Virus record (IMG/VR): IMGVR_UViG_3300040801_000836
Location: 1-48,901 of that record
DNA: 48,901 nucleotides
Source: a virus
Direction: 5' to 3' (one strand)
Shown here: positions 13,701 through 21,922 of the stretch, one piece after another
How positions within the stretch are numbered: the stretch's first letter is position 1
Layout: every line of letters starts with the position of its first letter
Program-made: the position numbers and the translations under genes
The notes under the pieces: generated by a model
Database searches by the model: none
Told to the model about the DNA's origin: nothing
Seen by the model: only the letters and a program-made list of their open reading frames with translations

Positions 13701-13710
13701 CAGGTTAGTT
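13695..13710. repeat. Palindrome copy, 2-nt spacer (AG), at the gene junction before terL
   Basis: TAACTAACAGGTTAGTTA. Contains the upstream TAA stop, and the AGGT centre lies 9 nt before the terL ATG. Confidence 0.95.
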
Positions 13711-13714
13711 AGCC

Positions 13715-15169
13715 ATGTCAAAGCTATATAACACGCAGGAAACTGTCAAGATAGTTATTCCGTATGCGCCACGACGCTGCCAGCGAGATATCGAGAAGCG
13801 GCTGAAGCTATTCAGATTCCTCGTTGCAGTTTGCCACAGGCGTTTCGGCAAGACAGTTAACGGTGTCATATGGCTGATACAAGAAGCGCTAAGCGGCATC
13901 CCTGACTTTCGGGGCTACTACATAGCACCGAATCAGAAGCAAGCGAAGAGACTTGTTTGGTCTTATTTTAAGAAATATCTCCACAATTTTGGTGACCTCG
14001 TAACATTTAACGAGACTGAGCTTAGGATAGACTTCAACATAGGACCAAACAAGCCTTGCATTTATCTTGCAGGTTCGGAGAACATCGAGTCCCTTCGTGG
14101 TGTTTACATCGATAGAGCCGTACTTGATGAGATGGCTTCATGGGATAAAGCTGAGTACGCATTTTATGAAGTTATATATCCAGCCATGTCCGACCGTCAA
14201 GGTCGGGGATTTATCATTGGAACAGTCAAAGGACTCGACCTCTTCTATGACCTTCACTGCATGGGTAACGACAAGAAGATGTACCCCGATTGGGATACCG
14301 TCATCTTCGATGTTACGCAAACAGGTGTATTTACTGACGAGCAAATAGACGAACTCAGACGCATGATGCGGCCTGATGCTTTCGCCCGTGAGTATATGTG
14401 TGACTTCTTCGCTGAAGCACCTGACAGGCTCATATCACCACAGGTTGTAGAAGATGCAGTAGGCCGAGAAGTACCAGACCACGTAGTACGCAGCTCAGCA
14501 GAGATATGGGGATTTGACGTAGGTTACACTGGTGACCCTTCGAAGCTTGTGAAGAGGAAAGGTCCGCTTATGCGGCAGATAATCACGCTTGACAACAAGG
14601 ATAGCGTCTATCAGGCCACGTATTTAAAAGGTCAGATTGATCGATTTCACCCGAAAGCGCTGTACATTGATGCTGGATATGGCGAGGGTGTCATAGCTCA
14701 GCTTAATAATTTAGGATATGAACACCTTGTAATACCCGTATTCTTTGGTCAAGCCTCCCCTTCCCCCGGCTGCTTTAACATGAGGGCGTACATGTACCTT
14801 ATGTTCTTTAAGTGGTTGAAGTCTGGTTGTATTCCACGTAACGACAATTTAATCAAGCAACTCTCAAACGTATTGCTCGATGAATCAGATACCCACCGTC
14901 GAGTTAAGCTCAAACCCAAAAAAGAAATCAAAGCAGTTATCCGAATGTCTCCCGATGAAGCTGATGCGGGGGCTTTGACGTTTGCGGGTGGGGATATGGA
15001 TATGCTGGATATCGATGATGTTCTAAAGGACGGACTAGACACGATACCAGATAGTAGCCTGAGAGAAATATTGAAGGCATATTCACAGCCCAACTACAAC
15101 CCTGACGAGTACATGGATCAAATGTCTGGTGGGGATATACTCAGTAAGTTAGACAACGAGTTCAATTAA
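13715..15169 (+). CDS. terL: Terminase large subunit (484 aa)
   Basis: Walker A-like CHRRFGKT, Walker B AVLDEMASW, and C-terminal nuclease-type acidic motifs (FDVGYTGD, YIDAGYGEG). Confidence 0.9.
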   Translation: MSKLYNTQETVKIVIPYAPRRCQRDIEKRLKLFRFLVAVCHRRFGKTVNGVIWLIQEALSGIPDFRGYYIAPNQKQAKRLVWSYFKKYLHNFGDLVTFNETELRIDFNIGPNKPCIYLAGSENIESLRGVYIDRAVLDEMASWDKAEYAFYEVIYPAMSDRQGRGFIIGTVKGLDLFYDLHCMGNDKKMYPDWDTVIFDVTQTGVFTDEQIDELRRMMRPDAFAREYMCDFFAEAPDRLISPQVVEDAVGREVPDHVVRSSAEIWGFDVGYTGDPSKLVKRKGPLMRQIITLDNKDSVYQATYLKGQIDRFHPKALYIDAGYGEGVIAQLNNLGYEHLVIPVFFGQASPSPGCFNMRAYMYLMFFKWLKSGCIPRNDNLIKQLSNVLLDESDTHRRVKLKPKKEIKAVIRMSPDEADAGALTFAGGDMDMLDIDDVLKDGLDTIPDSSLREILKAYSQPNYNPDEYMDQMSGGDILSKLDNEFN

Positions 15170-15176
15170 TTTGTTA

Positions 15177-15205
15177 TTGACATACCTATATATTACTGGT
15201 AGGAT
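15177..15205 (+). promoter_or_regulatory. Sigma70-like promoter candidate TTGACA-17-TAGGAT after terL
   Basis: -35 at 15177..15182 and -10 at 15200..15205. Confidence 0.45.
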
Positions 15206-15216
15206 TACGACAACTT

Positions 15217-15291
15217 AGAGACTTGCCGGGTTACCCTCTGCCTCTGCCCTTGTAGGCAAGACTCCTGCCCGGATTGACCCGGTGAGTCTCT
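15217..15291 (+). ncRNA. Structured leader element: a 13-bp long-range helix enclosing about 45 nt
   Basis: AGAGACT-tg-CCGGGT (15217..15231) pairs with ACCCGG-tg-AGTCTCT (15277..15291). An inner hairpin TCTGCC/GGCA(A)GA is followed by TTTCT. Confidence 0.4.
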
Positions 15292-15304
15292 TTCTAAAAA
15301 CTTC

Positions 15305-15320
15305 AACTAACAGGTTAGTT
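15305..15320. repeat. Palindrome copy, 2-nt spacer (AG), immediately before an ATG
   Basis: AACTAACAGGTTAGTT-ATG. Confidence 0.95.
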
Positions 15321-16088
15321 ATGGCCGATACAACAGTAGACCAGATGGCGTCCGCTATTGCCGCGATGTTCGCCAAAAAGAAAACCCCGGTTACTACGAT
15401 AGAGAACGTAGATAAAATTACTACGGATGGAACCGTGCTCGTACCTTCAACGAGAACAACAAGTCCAGACCTCATGCCTGCTGTAAGGGATATGTTTAGT
15501 GATGTAGTCGCGAAAAGTGATCCTGCTGTGAAGAAGCAGGAGGACGGAACATACACAAGTCCTGAAGACCAGATCGTTTCCGAGAAGGACGAGAAAGCGG
15601 ATATCGACCCCCTTGGCGAACTGTTCAATGAAGAGACTGAACGTGTCAAGAGGGAGCAAGAGGCGGCTTTGCTTGCGCAGAAAAAAGGGATACGTGATTC
15701 GATGCTCGCTGAACGGTTGGGGTACGAGGAACAGGCTATCGATTATGTAAACAGTATGATTGCACAGGAGCAATCAAACGCCGCTTTGTTTGGTATTGAC
15801 TACAAGATGGACGATGAGATCAAGCAGAACAGGATCAATAGCTACTTCGCTACCATGTGGACAGATCAACAGGAGCAAGAACTCGGCGGTATGATAACCG
15901 AGTACGGCAAGCCTGAAGGGTTCTCTGACTTCATCGCGCAGCGTGGTTCAAACTTCTATTCTGGCCGCAATCAGGCTTCTCGAACTATGGTCAACAGATC
16001 CAGAGGCATTAAAACTCCCGAGGATTTTGAGAATATTCTTACGGGTTACATGCCGCTTGGTGGTGTAGACTCAATATTGGGGGCATGA
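15321..16088 (+). CDS. Hypothetical virion-module protein (255 aa from the ATG at 15321)
   Basis: The ATG directly follows AG-spacer palindrome 15305..15320. The track start at 15282 would read through the palindrome. Confidence 0.7.
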   Translation: MADTTVDQMASAIAAMFAKKKTPVTTIENVDKITTDGTVLVPSTRTTSPDLMPAVRDMFSDVVAKSDPAVKKQEDGTYTSPEDQIVSEKDEKADIDPLGELFNEETERVKREQEAALLAQKKGIRDSMLAERLGYEEQAIDYVNSMIAQEQSNAALFGIDYKMDDEIKQNRINSYFATMWTDQQEQELGGMITEYGKPEGFSDFIAQRGSNFYSGRNQASRTMVNRSRGIKTPEDFENILTGYMPLGGVDSILGA

Positions 16089-16089
16089 T

Positions 16090-16593
16090 ATGGCTGAAGG
16101 AGAAGGTAACTGGCTAAACGATATGCAAAATGCAGCAGCCGCAGAGAAAGAGAAGGAAGAGTTTGTGTGGACTTTGCTTACCCCTGAAGAAAAGCAAGAA
16201 GCGACGAAGACTGTTCGGGATCAATACGGGGTGAACATTGCCAGTAATAACACAGTTGATCTTGATGCGACTCTAAACGACATAAGGAGTTTGCTGGCTA
16301 AATCTAACACAACCGTTTCCGACTACTCTGCTAAAGCTATTGAGAATTTCTCCCGTGATCTTCTGGCATTAAGGGAAAGCCATCAGACATACATGGATAA
16401 ACTGGCTGAACAAACTGTTAAAGCCCCTGAAATTAATTGGGCTGAACGTACCCAAGTTCTAAAACAGAAGGCTAGGGCGGACTATATGACCGAGAACGCC
16501 GGTAAAGTTGGTAGGATGGAAACAATAATTACTTCGCCTCTTCTCGATGAAACTGATCCTGTAACAACTAAAAATATACTTGGTGGCAGTTAA
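16090..16593 (+). CDS. Hypothetical protein (167 aa)
   Basis: Track ORF, tightly coupled to both neighbours. Confidence 0.7.
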   Translation: MAEGEGNWLNDMQNAAAAEKEKEEFVWTLLTPEEKQEATKTVRDQYGVNIASNNTVDLDATLNDIRSLLAKSNTTVSDYSAKAIENFSRDLLALRESHQTYMDKLAEQTVKAPEINWAERTQVLKQKARADYMTENAGKVGRMETIITSPLLDETDPVTTKNILGGS

Positions 16594-18332
16594 TGAAGAA
16601 AACCTATGACTTGGCAACTTGCCTATCGGAATACCTGTTGTTGAAGGCTGAACGTTCAGAGTGGGAATCTGAATGGCAGGACATAAGTGATTATCTTCTT
16701 CCGGGTAGGGGGATATACAGTAATCTGTCAACTCCACGTAAGCGAACTCTAACTTCCCCAAAGACAATAAACACCGTAGGGCGTGACGCTCTTCGGGTTC
16801 TTACGTCTGGTGTACAGGGTGGGCTTACCCCTTCCAACCGACCGTGGTTGGAGTTTGAATGGAAAGACAAAAAGCTGAACGAGATACCATTCTTCAAGAA
16901 TTGGCTATATGAAGCTAAAGAAGTGTTGGTGTCTGACTTCCAGTCTACGAATTTTTACCCTGTTAACTCTGCCGCCTTGACAGAGATTGCGGGTTTTGGT
17001 ACTGGTGCCTTGTTCACTGACTCAGATGCAGGGGATAAACCCTTTCAATTTATCCTGTTGACTTCTGGTGAGTATGTCTTTTCCGTTGATTATCTTGGTA
17101 GGCCCGACAAGTTCTATCGGATTATCTTTATGACTCCACGGAATATGGCTGCAAGATTCGGAGTATCTAAGCTTTCAGCGGCAACTAACGAGTTAGTTAC
17201 GTCAAATAAGCCATTACAGGACAAGCAATTCGTAGCAGTCCTTGAGTGTATACTGCCAATCAAGTATCAGAACAAGCCTATTAAACGTATGTTCTATGAG
17301 ATTGGTTCTGGTGGTCTTGGTGCTGCTGCTCTATCTCAAGCGCTGAATAGTTCGGCAACTGCCGGAACGCAACCTTTGCAAGTGAGCGGGTTTCACGAAT
17401 TTCCTGTTTCCATCGGTAGATGGGAAACACTTGGTCAGGACATGTACGGGCTTGGCCCCGGTTCTGAAGCGCTGCCTGAGATTAAGCGACTGCAAGAGAT
17501 GGAGAAGGCGGCACGTATGGCTGTACATAAGGATATTAACCCACCGCTTAGCGCACCTGCTTATATGAAAGGTAAGCTCAACTCTCTCCCCGGTTCTAAA
17601 AACTGGTATCGTAACCCTGCTGACAAGGTAACGCCGCTGTACTCACGGCCATTTAACTATCAAGGGATAGAGGCTAAGATCGAAAAGGTAGAGATGGGTA
17701 TCAAGATGAAGTTCTTTAATGATATCTTCTTGACCTCTGCTAGAGATCCTAATGCTTCACCTATGAAAGCTGCTGAAGTGAATGTGAAAGAGGGTGAGAA
17801 ACTTCTACGCCTTGGTTCAGTAATCGAGCGTCTTGTGCCTGAGTTCTACAATCCAATCATACAACGATGCTTTCAGATTAACTTGCGCAAAGGACGATTC
17901 CCTGAGATACCAGAAGAGTATCAAGAGATGATGTCAGAGTTGATACCAACATTCACTTCCCCACTCGCACAGGCTCAGAAGCTCATCGCCGCTCGGTCTA
18001 TCGAGCAGACTATGGCATTTGCTACGAACTCTGCGGCTACGATGCCTGAGATTATGGACAAGATCGACGTAGATGCTGCTGTCGATGAGTATGCTGATGC
18101 GCATGGTACGACTAAACGTATCTTGAGAACCCCGGATCAGGTTGCCGATATTCGGAATAAGCGCTTGAAGCAACAGCAAGCAGCACAGAAGAAGCAGGAT
18201 GATATGGCGAACGCCGAGCTTGCTGCTAAAACTGGTCCTGCTGATGCTGGTATGGCTAAAACACGGGCTGAAACAGGTCAGATAATGACTGAATCACTGC
18301 TTGATCAACAGGGTCTTGGGGGCATAATGTAA
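16593..18332 (+). CDS. Portal (head-tail connector) protein, podovirus type (579 aa)
   Basis: Supported by size, by position between terminase and scaffold, and by an N-terminal pattern (ERSEWESEWQDISDYLLPGRG) like T7-type connectors. TAATG overlap. Contains an in-frame palindrome (TNELV). Confidence 0.75.
   Translation: MKKTYDLATCLSEYLLLKAERSEWESEWQDISDYLLPGRGIYSNLSTPRKRTLTSPKTINTVGRDALRVLTSGVQGGLTPSNRPWLEFEWKDKKLNEIPFFKNWLYEAKEVLVSDFQSTNFYPVNSAALTEIAGFGTGALFTDSDAGDKPFQFILLTSGEYVFSVDYLGRPDKFYRIIFMTPRNMAARFGVSKLSAATNELVTSNKPLQDKQFVAVLECILPIKYQNKPIKRMFYEIGSGGLGAAALSQALNSSATAGTQPLQVSGFHEFPVSIGRWETLGQDMYGLGPGSEALPEIKRLQEMEKAARMAVHKDINPPLSAPAYMKGKLNSLPGSKNWYRNPADKVTPLYSRPFNYQGIEAKIEKVEMGIKMKFFNDIFLTSARDPNASPMKAAEVNVKEGEKLLRLGSVIERLVPEFYNPIIQRCFQINLRKGRFPEIPEEYQEMMSELIPTFTSPLAQAQKLIAARSIEQTMAFATNSAATMPEIMDKIDVDAAVDEYADAHGTTKRILRTPDQVADIRNKRLKQQQAAQKKQDDMANAELAAKTGPADAGMAKTRAETGQIMTESLLDQQGLGGIM
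17183..17198. repeat. Palindrome copy, 2-nt spacer (GA), intragenic
   Basis: Read as TNELV in the portal ORF. Confidence 0.95.
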
Positions 18333-18670
18333 TGGACCCGATTGTTGAATATGCGACTGATACTGACAGGCTAAAGAAGGAAGACGAAGACAAACGTCGC
18401 ACCCTCGCCATATCTAGAGTACGGGACATTTTAGAAACTCAAGGATTTTCTGAGATAATAAATTTAGTTCTTGACATTTCTAATTTTAACGGTAATAATT
18501 ACTCAAATGATATCAAGGATATGGTTTACATGGAGGGGCGTAGGTCTGTTTGTTTGGATCTTCTCGGATTTTTAGAGGATTGCGACCCAACCTACTACGC
18601 TAGACTACTTTTAAAACGGGCAGAAGACGAGAGGCTAAAGAATGAGCGACGAAACAACGACGACACCTGA
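18332..18670 (+). CDS. Hypothetical protein (112 aa)
   Basis: Track ORF with a TAATG overlap with the portal gene. Confidence 0.65.
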   Translation: MDPIVEYATDTDRLKKEDEDKRRTLAISRVRDILETQGFSEIINLVLDISNFNGNNYSNDIKDMVYMEGRRSVCLDLLGFLEDCDPTYYARLLLKRAEDERLKNERRNNDDT

Positions 18671-19319
18671 TGGCACAGCAGCACCAGACGCAACGACTAC
18701 ACCCGATGCGACTGTAACTACACCGGACGCAACGACTAAACCCGATGCGACCACCACGGATGCAACTAACATGTTAGTTGGACTCCCTGAGAACCTTCGA
18801 AGTAACGAGAGACTAAAGGACGTAAAATCTTTGGAAGACTTGGCGAACCGATTGGTCAACGCTAAGTTCGCTCCAGAGATTCCTGCGCCTGATGGGTACA
18901 AGTTACCTGATGGGGTTCCTGTTGAGATAGGGCAATTTGCCCACAAGAACAACCTTAGTCAAGAGCAACTTGACAGTGTTCTGGTTGAGATGGCGAGGAT
19001 AAATGACACCAAAACAACTGGTAACCTAGCCGAATTAGCCGAAAAAGGACAGGCCAAATTGAAGGAGTGGGGTGATAACGCGCAAGAATATACAAAGCTT
19101 GCCGTCGATGCCGTTAACTACTTCGAAGAAGAAACCCCCGGCCTAAAACAGATGTTGAAAGAAACGGGATATGGAAATCACCCACAACTTCTTGAAGTCT
19201 TCCGCCAAGTAGGTGTGATGATCAAAGAGGGTGGGTTTGTCAAAGGTGAAAATTACACCCCTGCAAACAAAAAGACGCAGGCTGAACGCATGTTTCCTAC
19301 CCAAGCAAAAACAAATTAA
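18642..19319 (+). CDS. Scaffolding protein candidate (225 aa)
   Basis: Lies immediately upstream of the capsid gene. Has a T/P/D-rich N-terminus and a helical, charged remainder. Contains an in-frame palindrome (TNMLV). Confidence 0.6.
   Translation: MSDETTTTPDGTAAPDATTTPDATVTTPDATTKPDATTTDATNMLVGLPENLRSNERLKDVKSLEDLANRLVNAKFAPEIPAPDGYKLPDGVPVEIGQFAHKNNLSQEQLDSVLVEMARINDTKTTGNLAELAEKGQAKLKEWGDNAQEYTKLAVDAVNYFEEETPGLKQMLKETGYGNHPQLLEVFRQVGVMIKEGGFVKGENYTPANKKTQAERMFPTQAKTN
18764..18779. repeat. Palindrome copy, 2-nt spacer (AT), intragenic
   Basis: Read as TNMLV in the scaffold candidate, right after the T/P/D-rich N-terminus. Confidence 0.95.
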
Positions 19320-19347
19320 TCCCTAAACTCTTCAAGGAGAAACAACA

Positions 19348-20373
19348 ATGGCATTTGCACCCATGACAGGGGCAGAATACCCCAACCTAGTTAACGTCGC
19401 AAAAAGTTATGATCCAGATGGATCTATCGCTGACGTTGCTGAACTCTTGTCTCAAAGCAACCCTATCATTCAGGATATTCCGGTAATTGAGGGCAACCTT
19501 CCTACTGGTCACCGTTCGACTATTCGTGCTGATCTTCCTTCCCCGACATGGCGTAAGCTGTATCAGGGTGTTAAGCCTACCAAGTCCAAAAAGATTCAAG
19601 TTGAGGACTCTATCGGTATGTTGGAAGATTATTCTGGTGTGGATAAAGACCTTGCTGATCTTAACGGCAACACCGCTGAGTTCCGTCTTTCTGAGGACAT
19701 GGCCCACATTGAGGGTATCTCTCAGACTATGGCTACAACTCTTTTTTATGGTGATACTTCTACTAATCCAGAGCGCTTCCTTGGTCTTGCTCCACGCTAT
19801 GACGTATTGTCTATCGCCGCCACTAAACCTACCGCGCAGTCCCGCTCTGCTCAGTTGAAAAACGTTATCAGTCTGTCCGGCACTGCCAACCTTACCTCTA
19901 TGTGGCTCGTTGTTTGGGGCAAGTCTACTGTATTCGGTATCTACCCGAAAGGCTCTAAGGCTGGTCTGCTTCACGAAGATCAAGGTGAAAGCCGCTTGAG
20001 CGATAATGACGGTGGCTGGTTCCAAGGGTATGTTTCCCATTACCAGTGGAAAATGGGAATGGTTGTCAAGGATTGGAGATGTGTTGTTCGTATATGTAAC
20101 ATCGACACTTCGAAGATTGAAGACGCTACCACTCAGACTAATCTTTACACAGCAATGATTCGCGCATTACACACATTGCCACAAGGTGCCGTAGGCAACA
20201 AGGTATTCTATGCTGGTGCTGCTGTATCCACCATGCTCGACCTCGCGGCTATCAACAAGTCCAATGCTGCCCTCGGTAGTAAAGAGGTATTCGGTCAGGA
20301 ACTTACTACTTTCCGTGGTGTTCCTATTCGTCAGTGTGATGCTATACTGGAAACCGAAACTCAAATCGTGTAA
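19348..20373 (+). CDS. Major capsid protein (341 aa)
   Basis: Supported by position, size and a strong SD context TCTTCAAGGAGA that it shares with the next gene. A terminator follows two genes downstream. Confidence 0.75.
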   Translation: MAFAPMTGAEYPNLVNVAKSYDPDGSIADVAELLSQSNPIIQDIPVIEGNLPTGHRSTIRADLPSPTWRKLYQGVKPTKSKKIQVEDSIGMLEDYSGVDKDLADLNGNTAEFRLSEDMAHIEGISQTMATTLFYGDTSTNPERFLGLAPRYDVLSIAATKPTAQSRSAQLKNVISLSGTANLTSMWLVVWGKSTVFGIYPKGSKAGLLHEDQGESRLSDNDGGWFQGYVSHYQWKMGMVVKDWRCVVRICNIDTSKIEDATTQTNLYTAMIRALHTLPQGAVGNKVFYAGAAVSTMLDLAAINKSNAALGSKEVFGQELTTFRGVPIRQCDAILETETQIV

Positions 20374-20386
20374 CTAACAGTTAGTT
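20372..20386. repeat. Palindrome copy, 1-nt spacer, intergenic
   Basis: TAACTAACAGTTAGTTAA. The capsid gene's TAA stop overlaps the left arm. Confidence 0.95.
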
Positions 20387-20414
20387 AACCGTTAATCTTC
20401 AAGGAGACATATAA

Positions 20415-20762
20415 ATGATTATCGATAAAACCCTAATGATCGCAGATGGACTGGCCCACAATGGCTCTCCAACTGTAATCGATCTTCAATCTGTTGGCGC
20501 TGGAAAGGGTGAGCCTATCCGCTTGTTCGTCCAAGGGTCTTCTACCCTTGCGGGTTGCACCGGATTCGTTGTCACTGACGATGCTGACGGTGATGCAGAC
20601 GAGGCTCTTGACAGTGTAACCTGTGACCTTGCAGGAAAAACTGTTGAGTACATCGTTCCACAGCACGCTAACCGATATCTGAAGATAGACCTTATCGGCA
20701 CAACTTCTGCTGGTACGTGGTCTTGCGGCGTTGTGACTCAGCCGGTACAAAGCAACGAGTAA
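20415..20762 (+). CDS. Capsid decoration/cement protein candidate (115 aa)
   Basis: It has the same TCTTCAAGGAGA SD context as the capsid gene, a beta-rich sequence, and a strong terminator downstream. The call rests on position only. Confidence 0.45.
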   Translation: MIIDKTLMIADGLAHNGSPTVIDLQSVGAGKGEPIRLFVQGSSTLAGCTGFVVTDDADGDADEALDSVTCDLAGKTVEYIVPQHANRYLKIDLIGTTSAGTWSCGVVTQPVQSNE

Positions 20763-20796
20763 TACCTAGCACAGTTAGTCTTTGGAAGTAATCACT

Positions 20797-20826
20797 GCCC
20801 GCCCATTGTGGGCGGGTATTTTTTTT
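20797..20826 (+). terminator. Rho-independent terminator
   Basis: GCCCGCCC-ATTGT-GGGCGGGT followed by a T-run (ATTTTTTTT). Confidence 0.85.
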
Positions 20827-20849
20827 ACCTAAAATAAGAAGGTGTAGCC

Positions 20850-21332
20850 ATGAGAGTCGTGTGTGATAGGGATTGCCAAATAAGAATCAGGGGAAAGATC
20901 CACACAATAACTGCCGGGGATATAATGACTTTGGACGTTGATGAATGTCCAGAGCATTTCCACGAACTCGGAAAGCTTAAAGCAGAAGAGAATGAATCGG
21001 ATGATTTCGAGAATATAACCGATGCTGAACTCCGTGAGATGGAAGGCAATGTTGGTGCATTGAAAGATTTCCTTGAGTTAAACTACCCCGAAATAACCTT
21101 TGCCAGTAATATCGGGTGGCCTAAATTGGTAGAGCGCTACATAGAAGCGCGTGACAATCGTGTTTCTAAGGTAGACAACACAGGCAAACAGAAGAGTACA
21201 ATTGTAAGTGTCCGGCGACAGCTTGATGCCGAATCAGATAGCGATGAAGAAAAAGACAGTGACGGTGATGGCATAGCGGATAACGTTGAAGACGCACTTG
21301 ACGATATCGATGACCTTTTGAAAGGGGATTAA
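20850..21332 (+). CDS. Hypothetical acidic protein (160 aa)
   Basis: Track ORF with SD GAAGGTG. C-terminal DDIDDLLKGD. Confidence 0.7.
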   Translation: MRVVCDRDCQIRIRGKIHTITAGDIMTLDVDECPEHFHELGKLKAEENESDDFENITDAELREMEGNVGALKDFLELNYPEITFASNIGWPKLVERYIEARDNRVSKVDNTGKQKSTIVSVRRQLDAESDSDEEKDSDGDGIADNVEDALDDIDDLLKGD

Positions 21333-21335
21333 ACG

Positions 21336-21917
21336 ATGTTAAGCTCAGATATATCTATATGCAATTTTGCTCTGAGCCTCATCGGACAACGCCCTATTCG
21401 TTCGTTTGACGAAGACAACTCCCGTGCAAGGCTATGTAAGAATGTTTACACTACCTCTGTTGAAGTTGTCTTGTCGCGATTGGATTGGGCTTTTGCTCGG
21501 TGGAGGGTCACATTGCGCCAAGATCCAACAGTGGAAACGGATGAAGGGTACGGGGCTTATGCTCTCCCTGCTGATTTTATGAGCGTTATCGACGTAGCAC
21601 CTTTTCACAAGAATACCCCTTACGAACAAATGGGGAATTATCTTATAACCCCTATAGCTGAAGTTGTATCTTTGAAGTACACTCGAAGGGTAGAGGACGT
21701 ATCGAAGTTTGCCACTACTTTTAAGAACGCAGTAGCGTTACTTATGAAAGCGCAACTTGCTGGTCCGCTTGCGGGTGCTTCTCTTAAAGAGATAATGGCA
21801 CTGAACGAATCTTTCGAGTACGAGTTGTTGAACGTATCTGCGATAGATGCAAGCTCCGGTTCAAAAGAAGCGCAGGCCGATAACAGTCCAGATCTAGACA
21901 CTTTCAATAGGGTATAA
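21336..21917 (+). CDS. Head-tail adaptor / tail tubular protein A-like (193 aa)
   Basis: Size and order relative to the following 611-aa gene mirror T7 gp11/gp12. Synteny inference only. Confidence 0.45.
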   Translation: MLSSDISICNFALSLIGQRPIRSFDEDNSRARLCKNVYTTSVEVVLSRLDWAFARWRVTLRQDPTVETDEGYGAYALPADFMSVIDVAPFHKNTPYEQMGNYLITPIAEVVSLKYTRRVEDVSKFATTFKNAVALLMKAQLAGPLAGASLKEIMALNESFEYELLNVSAIDASSGSKEAQADNSPDLDTFNRV

Positions 21918-21922
21918 TAATC

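Noticed and set aside
18471-18499. Internal promoter candidates TTGACA-17-AATAAT (18471) and TTGACA-17-TAAACT (23715 region)
   Set aside because: They lie inside coding sequence and have weak -10 elements. Matches of this quality are expected by chance in 49 kb.
20370-20390. Resemblance of TTAACTAACAGTTAGTTAA-type copies to the alphaproteobacterial CtrA box TTAA-N7-TTAA
   Set aside because: The conserved part is the AACTAAC/GTTAGTT core rather than the TTAA flanks. The flanks vary, the spacing gives TTAA-N7-TTAG at best, and the host is unknown.
20766-20780. CTAGCACAGTTAGTC after the 115-aa gene as a further palindrome copy
   Set aside because: Only one arm is recognisable (GTTAGTc) and the left side does not align without indels. 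It is counted as a possible relic only.
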